Below, one piece after another: positions 14,201-26,676 of a stretch of DNA of 64,000 nucleotides (positions are counted from its first letter, which is position 1; each line of letters begins with the position of its first letter). Below the pieces are notes generated by a model that did no database searches, was not told the DNA's origin, and saw only the letters and a list, made by a program, of their open reading frames with translations. Both the position numbers and the translations under genes were made by a program. Source of the stretch: Macrostomum lignano (lineage: Eukaryota); contig NIVC01001860.1 in the NCBI GenBank assembly GCA_002269645.1, positions 124,001 to 188,000 on the forward strand, read 5' to 3'.

Positions 14201-16889
14201 ACTTGCCAGCGGCTCCAACGACCGCCTCGTCCGAGTCTGGGACCTGGCCATCGAGGAGCTGCCGGACAGCGCAGACACGGGACAGCAGGGTGAGGGACCT
14301 GGGAGGCTGAGTGAGTGTGCCACCATGAAAACTCCAGCCTTGAGTATCCTTGGCATCCCTCTCCTTGCCAAGTTGCAGTCGGCGAGGACGCGGCTTCCGA
14401 TTGTTGCAGTTTCTGCTCCTGCAGCTGCAGTTGCTGCTGCTGCTGCGACAGCTGCTGCGGCGTCGGTGGCTGCAGCGGCGGCGGCGCTGCCGAGGTTAGC
14501 GAGTCCGCGGGCCCGCAGCCACCGCCGCCGCCGCCGCCGCCGCCGCTGCTGCCAGCTCCGGGCGCGAAAGCTCGTCGCGCTGCCCGCCCGGCTGCGACCA
14601 TCCAGAAGCTGCCGACTTCCCCGATATCCACCTGGACCGTCGACGAGGTGGCCCGCCTGCTGGACGGTCTCGGGCTGCGGGAGCTGCTGCCTGCCTTCCG
14701 ACGGGACCGCGTGGATGGCAGCGCCTTGCTGAGCCTCACGGACCGGCGGCTGCGCGACCAGCTGGGCGTCGGTGAGACTGCCTCACCCTCTGCCTCACCC
14801 TCTGTCTCACCCTCTATCTCACCGTCTGTCTCACCCTCTGCCTCACCCTCTTCCTCACCGTCTGTCTCACCCTCTGCCTCACCCTCTGCCTCACCCTTTG
14901 TATCACCCTCTATCTCACCCTCTGTCTCACCGTCTGTCTCACTCTCTGCCTCACCCTCTGTTTCCCCTCTGTCTCACCCCTGTCTCACCCTCTGCCTCAC
15001 CCTCTATATCACCCTCTGCCTCACCCTCTGCCTCACCGTCTGTCTCACCCTCTGCCTCACCCTCTACCTCACCCTTTGTATCACCCTCTGCCTCACCCTC
15101 TGCCTCACCCTCTGCGTCACCCTTTGTATCACCCTCTGCCTCACCCTCTGCCTCACCCTCTGCCGCACCCTCTGCAGCACCCTCCACCTAAACATTCGTT
15201 CCACATTTTTTCTCACCGTGCATCTCAGCACTGTCTACTGTGAAGTCTCAATCTACCTGGCTCAAAGCTTCTCCTGGGGTGTGAAATTATGAAATCCCAT
15301 GCGGATTACTGGCTCCTCATCAGCCTGACAACAGCATCCCAATGCCCCAGTTGCAAATCTCCACCTCAGGATCGATATCGTCTGTTTTTCAAAAAAACGA
15401 AACACAATCCTAATCTCGAGTCAGACATTCTTGTTATCAGTTTTTTCCCTCAGCGGCACTCAGCACTGTGAGCCGGTGGTGTCCGGTTTCAGCCCTGATT
15501 TTCAGCTTCCCTATCTGCAGATTGGAGCTGAATTATTTAGCATGGAGTTGCACTGCTTGGCTAGTTTTACAGTTTCCCTCCGTGAGTTCTTCATTCACTT
15601 GCCTATGCGGGCAAGACCTCCCGCTGTGGGATGTCGCTCTGGCCCCACCATCTGTGACAAGTTTACCACCGACTGACGGATCCCAGCGGGACACGAACTG
15701 CTGCTGCGGGTGAGGGGCGGCTGGCGGCGCACCTTTGAAAGATAGGACAAGATGCTTCTTACTCTGAAACCTGCTTTGGAGTTCATCATGTGCCTTTCCG
15801 CTTTTGGGGGCCTTCAAGTTTATCACTTCAAACCGTCAGCTCTGCCCCTCACTTCCGTCAGCTCTGCCCCTCACTTCCGTCAGCTCTGCCCCTCACTTCC
15901 GTCAGCTCTGCCCCTCACTTCCGTCAGCTCTGCCCCTCACTTCCGTCAGCTCTGCCCCTCACTTCCGTCAGCTCTGCCCCTCACTTCCGTCAGCTTTGCC
16001 CCTCACTTCCGTCAGCTCTGCCCCTCACTTCCGTCAGCTCTGCCCCTCACTTCCGTCAGCTCTGCCCCTCACTTCCGTCAGCTCTGCCCCTCACAATGAA
16101 CTTGCAGAAGTCGCTGCAGACCGCAGGAAACTCCTGAAAGCCGTGGCCTCACTGCGCGGCCCCGCCCATCGGGCTGCGGAGCCGCCCCAGCACCCAGGTG
16201 AGAGAGAATCCCAAACTGCCTTTTGTCGCTCACCCACGCCACCCACCTTTTACTCATGGCATTCAATGCACAGCCCTAACGACATGCAGCTTGAGAAGCA
16301 GTTCTACAGAATTCATTATTTATAAGCTACAAGTTGCAGAAGAACATTTTTACGGGAAAACTTAGTTCTCAGCCTTTTAAAAAAACTGTTTAGTACTTTT
16401 CATATACGTACGCTCGTATATACATAGAGAGAAGTTGCCTGTTTACTTCAGTATAAGTGAAAAACTCGAAACTTCCCAAGCTCGAAACTTCACAAACTCG
16501 AAACTTCACAAACTCGAAACTTCACACACTAAAAACTTCACAAACTCGAAACTTCACAAACTGAAACTTCACAAACTCGAAACTTCCCAAGCTCAGAACC
16601 TCATCATAATTTTACAAAAATATGGATTGTCTGTACCAAACTACCTTCTGAAGTCGCCAACATTACAGCGGAGTTCGTCTGTCCAGTCACGCGGGAGGTG
16701 ATGCTCGACCCCGTGATCGCGGCTGACGGGCACACCTACGAGAGGTCGGCTATAGAGACCTGGTTCGCGTCCGGTCGCTGCGTGAGTCCCATGACCGGAC
16801 AGCCACTCGGACAGCAGCTCATACCGAATAGGAGCCTGCGGAAACTCATATTGAAACATCTGAGAGTTGATCAGCCATCGTCAGCGTAG
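5279..16889 (+). CDS. WDSUB1: WD repeat, SAM and U-box domain-containing protein 1 (spliced)
   Basis: Exons with GT-AG ends and matching phases: 5279-5412, 6154-6305, 8192-8527, 10997-11164, 13158-13259 (1-bp deletion near 13232), 13353-13386, 13486-13526, 14162-14289, ~14379/14410-14771, 16108-16197, 16669-16889. WD40 repeats (HARDVTGVAF..CSGDKTVRLW, GHAYCVNFVAFSP, GHCGSVLGLAFSPDG, YVTSCCFSSDGRRLASGSNDRLVRVWD), SAM (WTVDEVARLLDGLGL..VDGSALLSLT) and U-box (EFVCPVTREVMLDPVIAADGHTYERSAIETW..SPMT..LIPNRSLR). This domain order is diagnostic. Confidence 0.95.
5430..6035. repeat. Intronic minisatellite, ~10-11 bp unit GGGAGACA(C/T)TG
   Basis: Tandem copies in WDSUB1 intron 1. Confidence 0.9.
6335..6878. 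repeat. Intronic minisatellite, unit GTGGGTGAACAAGCTGTCA(GT) (~21 bp)
   Basis: Tandem copies in WDSUB1 intron 2. Confidence 0.95.
7432..8181. repeat. Intronic minisatellite, unit CCTGTGATCCCATCCCACA (19 bp)
   Basis: Tandem copies ending about 10 bp before the acceptor at 8191. Confidence 0.95.
8530..8755. repeat. Two abutting intronic minisatellites: AGTCTGGTAGAGATTCTGTAC (21 bp) and TCATAGATCTGTACACTG (18 bp)
   Basis: The first unit begins inside the splice donor GTGAGTCTGG. Confidence 0.9.
9410..10845. repeat. Intronic C-rich minisatellite, unit CCCCATTCCCCA(T/C)CA (15 bp)
   Basis: About 1.4 kb of tandem copies; the 574-aa ORFs here are repeat artefacts. Confidence 0.95.
11650..13092. 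repeat. Intronic minisatellite, unit AGAATCGGTCATT(A/T)C (15 bp)
   Basis: About 1.4 kb of tandem copies. Confidence 0.95.
13550..14040. repeat. Intronic minisatellite, unit GGGGAATCTAGT (12-13 bp)
   Basis: Tandem copies with internal higher-order blocks. Confidence 0.9.
14776..15185. repeat. Intronic minisatellite, unit CTCACCCTCTG(C/T) (12 bp)
   Basis: Starts directly after the donor at 14772. Confidence 0.9.
15834..16094. repeat. Intronic minisatellite, unit CAGCTCTGCCCCTCACTTCCGT (22 bp)
   Basis: About 12 near-perfect copies ending just before the acceptor at 16107. Confidence 0.95.
16463..16600. repeat. Short intronic repeat AAACTCGAAACTTCAC
   Basis: Several tandem copies. Confidence 0.75.
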
Positions 16890-16954
16890 CAGTTTGTGTT
16901 TCTGATCGTTCATTGCGTCTCCATTAGCACGCTTTTGCTCTCTGATTTAAGTGG

Positions 16955-18310
16955 GAGGTTTGTTCTCTAGGATTGGTAGATTGTTCTCTAAATCGGTAGA
17001 TTGTTCTCTGAATCGGTAGATTGTTCTCTGAATCAGTAGATTGTTCTCCGAATCGATAGATTGTTCTCTGAATCGGTAGATTGTTCTCTGAATCAGTAGA
17101 TTGTTCTCTGAATCGGTAGATTTTTCTCTGAATCGGTAGATTGTTCTCTGAATCGGTAGATTGTTCTCTGAATCGGTAGATTGTTCTCTGAATCGGTAGA
17201 TTGTTCTCTGAATCGGTAGATTGTTCTCTGAATCGGTAGATTGTTCTCTGAATCAGTACATTGCTCTTTGAATCGGTAGATTGTTCTCTGAATCAGTAGA
17301 TTGTTCTCTGAATCGGTAGATTGTTCTCTAAATCGGTAGATTGTTCTCTGAATCAGTAGATTGTTCTCTGAATCGGCAGATTGATCTCTGAATCGATTAT
17401 AGATTGTTCTCTAAATCGGTAGATTGTTCTCTGAATCGATAGATTGTTCTCTGAATCGGTAGATTGTTCTCTCAATCGATTATAGATTGTTCTCTGAATC
17501 GATTATAGATTGTTCTCTGAATCGGTAGATTGTTCTCCGAATCGGTAGATTGTTCTCTGAATCGGTAGATTGTTCTCTGAATCAGTAGATTGTTCTCTGA
17601 ATCAGTAGATTGTTCTCCAAATCGATAGATTGTTCTCTGAATCGATAGATTGTTCTCTGAATCGGTAGATTGTTCTCTGAATCGGTAGATTGTTCTCTGA
17701 ATCGATAGATTGTTCTCTGAGTCGGTAGATTGTTCTCTGAATCGATAGATTGTTCTCTGGATTTGTAGATTGTTCCCTAGATTGGTAGATTGTTCTCTGA
17801 ATCAGTAGATTGTTCTCTGAATCGGCAGATTGATCTCTGAATCGATTATAGATTGTTCTCTAAATCGGTAGATTCTTCTCTGAATCGATAGATTGTTCTC
17901 TGAATCGGTAGATTGTTCTCTCAATCGATTATAGATTGTTCTCTGAATCGATTATAGATTGTTCTCTGAATCGGTAGATTGTTCTCCGAATCGGTAGATT
18001 GTTCTCTGAATCGGTAGATTGTTCTCTGAATCAGTAGATTGTTCTCTGAATCAGTAGATTGTTCTCCGAATCGATAGATTGTTCTCTGAATCGATAGATT
18101 GTTCTCTGAATCGGTAGATTGTTCTCTGAATCGGTAGATTGTTCTCTGAATCGATAGATTGTTCTCTGAGTCGGTAGATTGTTCTCTGAATCGGTAGATT
18201 GTTCTCTGAATCGATAGATTGTTCTCTGAGTCGGTAGATTGTTCTCTGAATCGGTAGAATGTTCTCTGAATCGGTAGATTGTTCTCTGGATTTGTAGATT
18301 GTTCCCTAGA
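16955..18310. repeat. Minisatellite, unit TAGATTGTTCTCTGAATCGG (20 bp)
   Basis: About 1.35 kb array downstream of the WDSUB1 stop, with an internal ~450-bp block duplication. Confidence 0.95.
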
Positions 18311-19771
18311 TTGGTAGATTGTTTCCTGGATTATGGCAGATTGTTTTCTAGATTATTAGATTGCTTCCCGGATCGTGCTAGACTGTCTTCTGAATTGATA
18401 GATTGTTCCAGGGATTGGTAGATTTCTCCGTAGATAATGTTTGATTGAATTCTGGTGCAAGCTGTGCCAGTGTATCATTTTTTATTTTGTGTATTTTCTT
18501 TCTTGACGTAAACTTTAAAGAGCAGGTTAACTTTTTGTGTTAGAATAAATCAATATTAAGTTTTTCGTAGTCATCTTAAAGATTAGAAAACCAACATTTA
18601 TCAGTAGTAGCATTGGTAACTAATCAGCCAATTACAGTCATGAATTTGCCGTAGCAATTTTTAATAATTCACATATCTGAAAATTTAATTATTATCATAT
18701 AGTTTATTCTAAAAATATAACGAATGATATTCTTCAATAAAGAAATTCTTCCATTTATTAACGAACTGATAAAATTTAAATATTTTTAATTCTCGCTACA
18801 GAAGTGAAGCAAAAACACATCAGAATGACAAAATGAAAATGCGAGAAAGAAGATAATGGAAAGCGGAAAGAATGTTTCTGAATCTAAATGACAGTCTTGA
18901 AAAATCAAAATATAGATGGTCAAAAGATTATGAATGACAACTTGAAAAAATTTGTTCACACTGAGGCGGATGCACTGCGAAGAATACGTGGATAAAATAA
19001 ATATATGCGATGCATTTTAACAAACACTGACAATTATGATTGGTAGTCCAAAGATCGAAAAATTCAGACTTGAAAAATATAAACTTTAAAATAAGTTTAA
19101 GAAGCCAAGGAATTTTTGTAATAAAGGGTTGTGTTTTAACAAAAATTTGATTTTACTCTGATAATTAAAAAGCAAAAAGCATAAAGATTTTAGTCCCGGT
19201 GAAGAGGACCATTTTCACTCGGTAGCCCATTTATGCGGTGTTTTGAGTTTTAATTACCGGCTTAAACCCTATGAAAAGTTCGAATCTGCAATGTGATTTC
19301 ATTACCAGACTTTTTATTACAACTAAACATTCATGGATTGGCTTTTAACGATAAGATTTTGTTGATATCCTGCCGAATGAATGAATTCTATTAAACAAAA
19401 TTTAGACGTTTATAAATTTTCTGTTTTTATCCTTATGATTTTCTAGGTTTAACCTTTTTATTGAGTTTATCTTGTAAAGTTGAGTTTAATAATTAATATA
19501 TTAATAATAATAATAATACAATAATATCTTGTATTTAGTTTAATAATGATGAATCAATCTAATAATGCAATTCCATACATAACTACATAAATTAATAGAT
19601 ATTTCAGCAATTGTTGATCACATCTTTAAGTGTTTATCTTAAAGATAAAAGTAAAAAGTAAAAATCTGAAGAAAATGATTTCGCACTAACGACAAATTTA
19701 GCCCCAAAAGATAAAATTTCCGGATTTAAGACTACTGTACGAATTACGATCGTACACTTGGCCCCGCCGAA

Positions 19772-22700
19772 TCACGCATCATGATGGTGACGATGCTGGT
19801 GCCCCTTCTGCGGCTTGTAGCTCTGTATCCAGATCTCGGACAAGCACACGGTCGAGTGAAATCTAAAAAATATAATCAACGGTAGGAAGATGTACTTTAT
19901 AATTTTCCAGGGCATGTCTCCGAAGTAGGTCAACAGGAAGTTCTCAGCGATGTTGCGTTGAGCCTCGAACACCGAGGCCACCCACATGGCCAGGTTGGCG
20001 ATGAGCAGCGCGATGGTGACGCCGCGGCCCGGCTTGTGCATGCCCTCGATGAGTTTCATTGTCACCTTCCGCTGGATGGCCTGCATGATAAACAGAGTCT
20101 GCAGCACGGACTGGGCCACCTCCAGCATGGACTTGAAACCGTTGGCTTTGGTGTTGTAAAACTCGGCCTGTTTCGATTGGGTTCGAGTTGAACTTTTACC
20201 GAGTGCTAGCGGTCAACACCCTGGAAACTCAGTTCGAGCCCAGCTCGAGTCCCTACAAATCCAGCTCGAGTCCCTACAAATCCAGCTCGAGTCCCTACAA
20301 ATCCAGCTTGAATCCTTACAAACCCAGCTCGAGTCCCTACAAATCCAGCTCGAGTCCCTACAAATCCAGCTCGAGTCCCTACAAATCCAGCTCGAGTCCC
20401 TACAAATCCAGCTCGAATCCCTACAAACCCAGCTCGAGTCCCTACAAATCCAGCTTGAATCCCTACAAACCCAGCTCGAGTCCCTACAAATCCAGCTCGA
20501 GTCCCTACAAATCCAGCTCGAATCCCTACAAACCCAGCTCGAGTCCCTACAAATCCAGCTCGAGTCCCTACAAATCCAGCTTGAGTCCCTACAAATCCAG
20601 CTCGAGTCCCTACAAATCCAGCTCGAATCCCTACAAACCCAGCTCGAGTCCCTACAAATCCAGCTTGAATCCCTACAAACCCAGCTCGAGTCCCTACAAA
20701 TCCAGCTCGAGTCCCTACAAATCCAGCTCGAATCCCTACAAACCCAGCTCGAGTCCCTACAAATCCAGCTCGGTCCCAGCGATCGAGCCTCTCCTCACCT
20801 TGTCGCCCCAGTTACAATGCTCTCCCTCTTTGGTGTCCATCAGGCAGGCTCCCACAGAGATGGCCACGAACAGGTTGTAGCAGACGATGCCCGCCAGACC
20901 CACAAACAGCAGGTTGACATCAAAGGTCTCATTGCCGCGAACTTTGTAGAGGTGCAGGTTCCGGATGGCCTTCACTATGCCGGCCAGAGCCATGCCGGTG
21001 GTGAAGCAGAGCACTGAGCACTCGGTGAGGATCACGGCTAGGATGTACACATCCCTGCGGAATGCGTTGGTAGCAAGTTGTTTTGTACTGTGGAAATGTC
21101 AAGGACGCCAACTTGGTTGTCAAGGGCGCCAATTTAAGTTGTCAAGGACGCCAATTTTGGTTTTCAAGGGAGCTAATTTTGGTTGTCAAGGGAGCCTATT
21201 TTGGTTGTCAAGGGAGCCAATTTTGGTTGTCAAGGGAGCCAATTTTTGTTGTCAAGGGAGCCACTTGGTTGTCAAGGCTGCTAATTTTGGTTGTCAAGGG
21301 AGCCAAGTTGGTTGTCAAGGGCGCCACTTTTGGTTGTCAATGGAGCTAATTTTGGTTGTCAAGGGCGCCAATTTGGTTGTCAAGGCAGCTAATTTTGGTT
21401 GTCAAGGGAGCCAATTTTGGTTGTCAAGGGAGCCAATTTTGGTTGTCAAGGGAGCCAATTTTGGTTGTCAAGGCTGCTAATTTTGGTTGTCAAGGGAGCC
21501 AATTTTGGTTGTCAAGGGAGCCAATTTTGGTTGTCAAGGCTGCTAATTTTGGTTGTCAAGGGAGCCAATTTTGGTTGTCAAGAGAGCCAATTTTGGTTGT
21601 CAAGGGAGCCAAGTTGGTTGTCAAGGGCGCCACTTTTGGTTGTCAAGGGAGCCAATTTTGGTTGTCAAGGGAGCCAATTTTGGTTGTCAAGGCAGCTAAT
21701 TTTGGTTGTCAAGGCTGCTAATTTTGGTTGTCAAGGGAGCCAATTTTGGTTGTCAAGAGAGCCAATTTTGGTTGTCAAGGCTTCTAATTTTGGTTGTCAA
21801 GGGAGCCAATTTTGGTTGTCAAGGGAGCCAATTTTGGTTGTCAAGGCTGCTAATTTTGGTTGTCAAGGGAGCCAAGTTGGTTGTCAAGGGCGCCACTTTT
21901 GGTTGTCAATGGAGCTAATTTTGGTTGTCAAGGCGCTAATTTGGTTGTCAAGGCAGCTAATTTTGGTTGTCAAGGGAGCCAATTTTGGTTGCCAGGGGTT
22001 CCACTTTGTGATGCCAGTGGAGTCGCTAAAATCGCATACAAAAGAATCCAAAAGAAGTCAACCAGTGTCGCACTTGTACTCAGTCTGCTTCTTCATCTGC
22101 AGCAGTATCAGGCTGATCATGGGCACCAGCACGCAGATCATGATCATCAGCCCCATGAACAGCCCCTTGTGCGACTTGTGACAGGTGGTCGATCTCGGGC
22201 CCTGCTGTTGCTCCTTCCTGCCGTAGGGCACGACATCCAGGTCGCCAACTCTGCTGAAAAACTTGTAGCAGATGGCAGCGCAGATGAGGCCGTACTCAAC
22301 CGCGCAGGGGTACAGGTAGGGCCCCAGCTGGTAGGACGGGCTGTCCTCCTCTAGGTAGCGACCGTGACAGCCGTCTGAGGTGGTGGTTGGGGGTTCGGTC
22401 CGATATATCGAATTATATAATTATATATGGTTTGAGTATGGCTTCAGGTCTGCAACAGTTTTCAAGTGTGACAAAACTACAGATGGGAAAAGGCTTTGAA
22501 ATTTCGGGTCTGAGAAATTTTGGATTTCGGTAATTTCGGGTCTGAAAAGTTCGGGTTTGGAAAATTTCGGGTTTGGGAAATTTCGGGTTTGGGAAATTTC
22601 GGGTTTGGAAAATTTCGGGTTTGGGAAATTTCGGGTTTGGGAAATTTCGGGTTTGGGAAATTTCGGGTTTGGGAAATTTCGGGTTTGGGAAATTTCGGGT

Positions 22701-25700
22701 TTGGGAAATTTCGGGTTTGGGAAATTTCGGGTTTCGGGAAATTTTGAGCTTGAGAAATTTCGGGTTTGAGAAATTTTGGCTTTGAGAAATTTCGGGTTTC
22801 GGGAAAGCTCGGGTATTTAAAAAAATAAAAAACATACCAGTGCCATTCTTGAGCATCTCGGCCACATAATTGGAACTGCCGTTGCTATCGCTGCTGCTGT
22901 TCTTGGGAGTCAGGCCCACCTTGATCTCGTAGACCACCGTCTTTACCCAGATGCACAGGTTCGTGACGATCAGGTGAACGAAAACGAAACGCACCAGCGC
23001 CTTCTGAGTGTTGATGGTCACCCTGTGGTGCTTGAACACGTAGTAAGTCTGGCACATGATGAACAGCAGGTGGATGCAGCGCTTTGGCAGGAACCACGGG
23101 CCCACGCACACTTCGCTGCCTGGGCGTTCCAGTACGTCAGCGATTTTGAATCCGTCGTGAACCATCACGCCGAAGCCGAATACTGGGAGGCGGGGAGGGC
23201 AGTTGAGAAATTCCACTGACAAGATTGGGAGTACAGAACAGTGGGTAGTGGGAAGGGAAATCCCAAATTGGGGAGGGGAATTCCAAATTGGGAAGGGAAA
23301 TCTCGAATTGGGAAGGGGAATCCCAAATTGGGAAGGGGAATCCCAAATTAGGATGGGAATCCCGAATTAGGAAGGGGAATCCCGAATTGGGAAGGGAAAT
23401 CCCAAATTGGGAAGGGGAATCCAATTGAAAAGGGGAATCCCAACTTGGGAAGAGGAATCCCAAATTGGGAAGGGGAATTCCGAATTGGGAAGGGGAATCC
23501 CAATGAGAAGGAGACTCTCAAATTCAATGGGGAATCCCAAAATGAAAGGGGAATCCTAAATTGGATAGGGAATTCTAAATTAGAACGGGAACCTCAAATG
23601 GAAAGGGAGTTGCAAAATGGGAAGCAGAATTTCAAATGGGAAGGGGAATCCAAAATGGGAATGGGAATACTAGCTTGTCTGCAATCAATCGGAATCTCTA
23701 GCCAAAGAAATAGGAAGGAGAATCCTGAGCTTTGTGAAAATTTGAGGATGAACGGCCCTCACTCGAAGACATGAAAAGGTAAATGTCACCTAAAAAGCTA
23801 AGGCTATTTTTTATAATAACTCACCAATGGCGCCCAGACGCAGGTAGAGATTCACTCCAACTGCTGACCAGGTGATCTTCTTCACCGGATGCTTCCAACT
23901 TTCGTCTGCGAACAAAATAGAGGTGCGAGTTTTACTTATTTATCGCCCTATTTATTCCACTCGAGTCAACCCGAGCTCCTCATGCTAGGCCTACCCATCG
24001 TTGGCGGCGACCTCCAGGTCCTCGACAGCCTCTTCTGCACGTTGCCGATCAGCTTCTTGTGCGACGCCACCCGCCGGCGTCGGCGAAGGCGGCGGCCTCT
24101 GCTTGAATCGTTCGCCTCGAACTCGACCGGCTCCGTCAACGCCGCGGGCACGTCGTCGGCGCGCTGCGGCCCGGACTCCTCGTAGACGAGCGCGTCGGCG
24201 GCCTGGCCAGCCAGCTCGATCTGCACGGCGTCGGCGTCGACTTTGGGCTGGCCAGGATCGGCAGCGATGCCGTCGCGGTCTCCGACGCAGCCGCTCCTCG
24301 CGCAGAGAGTTGTCGCCGTGAAGTGACCGTCGGGAAGCTGCTCATCGACGCTGTCGCGGTCTTCGGGCATGAAAAACTTGCTGCCGCTGGATGTCGATGC
24401 GGCGGTCCCGGCGATGGCCTCCGGGCTGAAGCTGACCGTCGGCTGCTGGAATTCCGCCTTGCTTCTGGCGGCCTCCTCGGGGGTGAAGTCGGCGGCTCGG
24501 TGATGCTGATGGCAAGAGATCAACGTGTTGAGGTAGACGATGCAGACTATGCCCAGGCCGTGCATGAAGATGTAGAATATCTGCGGGCGCAGGTTCCGGG
24601 GTCAGTTGACGCTTCTTGGAAAGAAGGTCAATCGACGTTTCTTAGAAAGAAGGTCAATCGAAGTTTCTTGGAAAGAAGGTCAATCGACGTTTCTTAGAAA
24701 GAAGGTCAATCGAAGTTTCTTGGAAAGAAGGTCAATGGACGTTTCTTGGAAAGAAGGTCAATGGACGTTTCTTGGAAAAAGGTCAATCGACGTTTCTTGG
24801 GGTGGGGGGGGGGCAATCGACGTTCCGAAGAAAGGGGGATCAATCGACGTTTCTTGGGGTGGGGGTCAATAGACGTTTCTTGGGGTGGGGGTCAATAGAC
24901 GTTTCTTGGGGTGGGGGTCAATAGACGTTTCTTGGGGTGGGGGTCAATCGACGTTTTTGGGGTTGGGGTCAATCGACGTTTCTTGGGGTGGGGGTCAATC
25001 GACGTTTCTTGGGGTGGGGGTCAATCGACGTTTCTTGGGGCGGGGGCAATCGACGTTCCGAAGAAAGGGGGTCAACCGACGTTTTTTGATGAGAGGTCAA
25101 TCAAAATGTTTTATAGGGGGTCAATCGACGTTTCTAGGAACGTGTGGTCAGTGGAAGCTTCTTGTGGTGTTGGTCAATCGACGTTTCATTGGGGAGGTCA
25201 ATCAACGCATCTGGGCGTCAACCGACGTTTGTAGGAAGGGGGTCAATCGACATTTCTTTGGGAGTCAAACAATGCTATTCAAAGAAGTGAAGCAATGTTT
25301 CTGTGGAGTCAGCCAGTTTCAACTACTTGCTTTAGGCATATAGAACGCAAATTATTGTCGGACTTTGCAATGGCACGTTAAGTCTGCCGATTTTGGCCAT
25401 AGACACAATATTGCATAAAAGCACAGATTTCGCTGGACCAAACAGCCGCTGTCTCAGACCTGTCGATAATCCGCGTGCTCCACCGGTTTGGTCAAGGCGT
25501 CGCTGATGGGGATCACCACCCCCAGCATCAGCGCCATCAGCCCGTAGAGAGTCAGCAGTGACTGCAGGATCGACTTCGTCGGGGAAGCCGAGTGGTCCAC
25601 TTTGAATGCCAGGTTGCTGGGGCGCCTGGCAACGGGTGCGTGGGTGCGGAGTGAACTTCTTGCATGATTCTGTCAGTTGTGTAAGAAATTCTCTATTGTG

Positions 25701-26676
25701 TCACTCATCGAGTCACTGTATTAGAGTGTCACTGAGTCACTGTATCACAGAGTCACTGAGTCACTGAGTCACTGTATCACAGAGTCACTGAGTCACTGTA
25801 TCACAGAGTCACTGAGTCACTGTATCACAGAGTCACTGAGTCACTGTATCACAGAGTCACTGAGTCACTGTATCACAGAGTCACTGAGTCACTGTATCAC
25901 AGAGTCACTGAGTCACTGTATCACAGAGTCACTGAGTCACTGAGTCACTGTATCGCAGAGTCACTGAGTCACTGTATCACTGAGTCACTGAGTCACTGAG
26001 TCACTGTATCACAGAGTCACTGAGTCACTGAGTCACTGAGTCACTGAGTCACTGTATCACAGAGTCACTGAGTCACTGAGTCACTGTGTTACTTTGTCTT
26101 TGTGTCACTGAGTCGCTGTGTCACTTTGTCCCACTGTCACTATGTCTCTTTGTCACACTGTCAATGTGCCACTTAGTTACATTGTCTCTATGTCACTTTT
26201 TCACACTGTCACTGTGTCACTGTGTCACTGAGTCGCTGTGTCACTTTCTCACACTCTCACTATGTTTCTTTGTCACACTGTCACTGTGTCACTTTGTCAC
26301 ACTGTCACTGTGTCACTTTGTCACACTGTCACTATGTCTCTTGTCACACTGTCACTATGTCACTTTGTCTCACTGTCACTATGTCTCTTGTCACACTGTC
26401 ACTATGTCACTTCGTCACAGTGTCACTGTGTCACTGAGTCACTGTGTCACTGAGTCACTGTGTCACAGGGCCACTCTATTCGGTGGCTAATTGCCTCTTT
26501 GACTCAGGTCTGTCACTTACCACGCTCACACGTGTTTTCCTGATGTCTGATTAAGAGTTCCCCTGTGAGCAGCCAGACCTGCCGTGCTGCTTCTGTTTCA
26601 CTTACCTAATCCTTCTCCTGATTCCAGGCGGCTCGCTCGGCGACTCCCCCTTCAAAAACGAGCCGATCCGCTTCAT
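19772..26676 (-). CDS. OTOP: Otopetrin-family proton channel (spliced)
   Basis: Minus-strand exons with matching phases: 26606-26676 (ATG), 25460-25625, 23995-24580, 23825-23905, 22838-23182, 22074-22374, 20799-21054, 19772-20167 (TGA). Otopetrin motifs: NLYLRLGAIVFG, HLLFIMCQTYYVF, HLIVTNLCIW, YLYPCAVEY..ICAAI, CHKSHKGLF, FIMQA, LLIANLAMW, PLIIFFRFHSTVCLSEIW. The paralog cannot be assigned. Confidence 0.95.
20232..20772. repeat. Intronic minisatellite, unit CCAGCTCGAGTCCCTACAAAT (21 bp)
   Basis: Tandem copies in an OTOP intron. Confidence 0.95.
21095..21990. repeat. Intronic minisatellite, unit TTTTGGTTGTCAAGGGAGCCAA (~22 bp)
   Basis: Tandem copies in an OTOP intron. Confidence 0.95.
22495..22805. 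repeat. Intronic minisatellite, unit GGGTTTGGGAAATTTC (~16-17 bp)
   Basis: Tandem copies. Confidence 0.9.
23260..23665. repeat. Intronic minisatellite, unit AATTGGGAAGGGGAATCCC(A) (~19-20 bp)
   Basis: Degenerating tandem copies. Confidence 0.85.
24615..25255. repeat. Intronic minisatellite, core GGTCAATCGACGTTTCTT(G/A)G
   Basis: Tandem copies with variable spacers. Confidence 0.85.
25700..26470. repeat. Intronic GTCAC-rich repeats (GAGTCACTGTATCACA / TGTCAC)
   Basis: Tandem copies in OTOP intron 1. Confidence 0.9.

Noticed and set aside
15452-15709. Possible extra WDSUB1 cassette exon
   Set aside because: Exit phase is incompatible with the next exon and there is no domain similarity.
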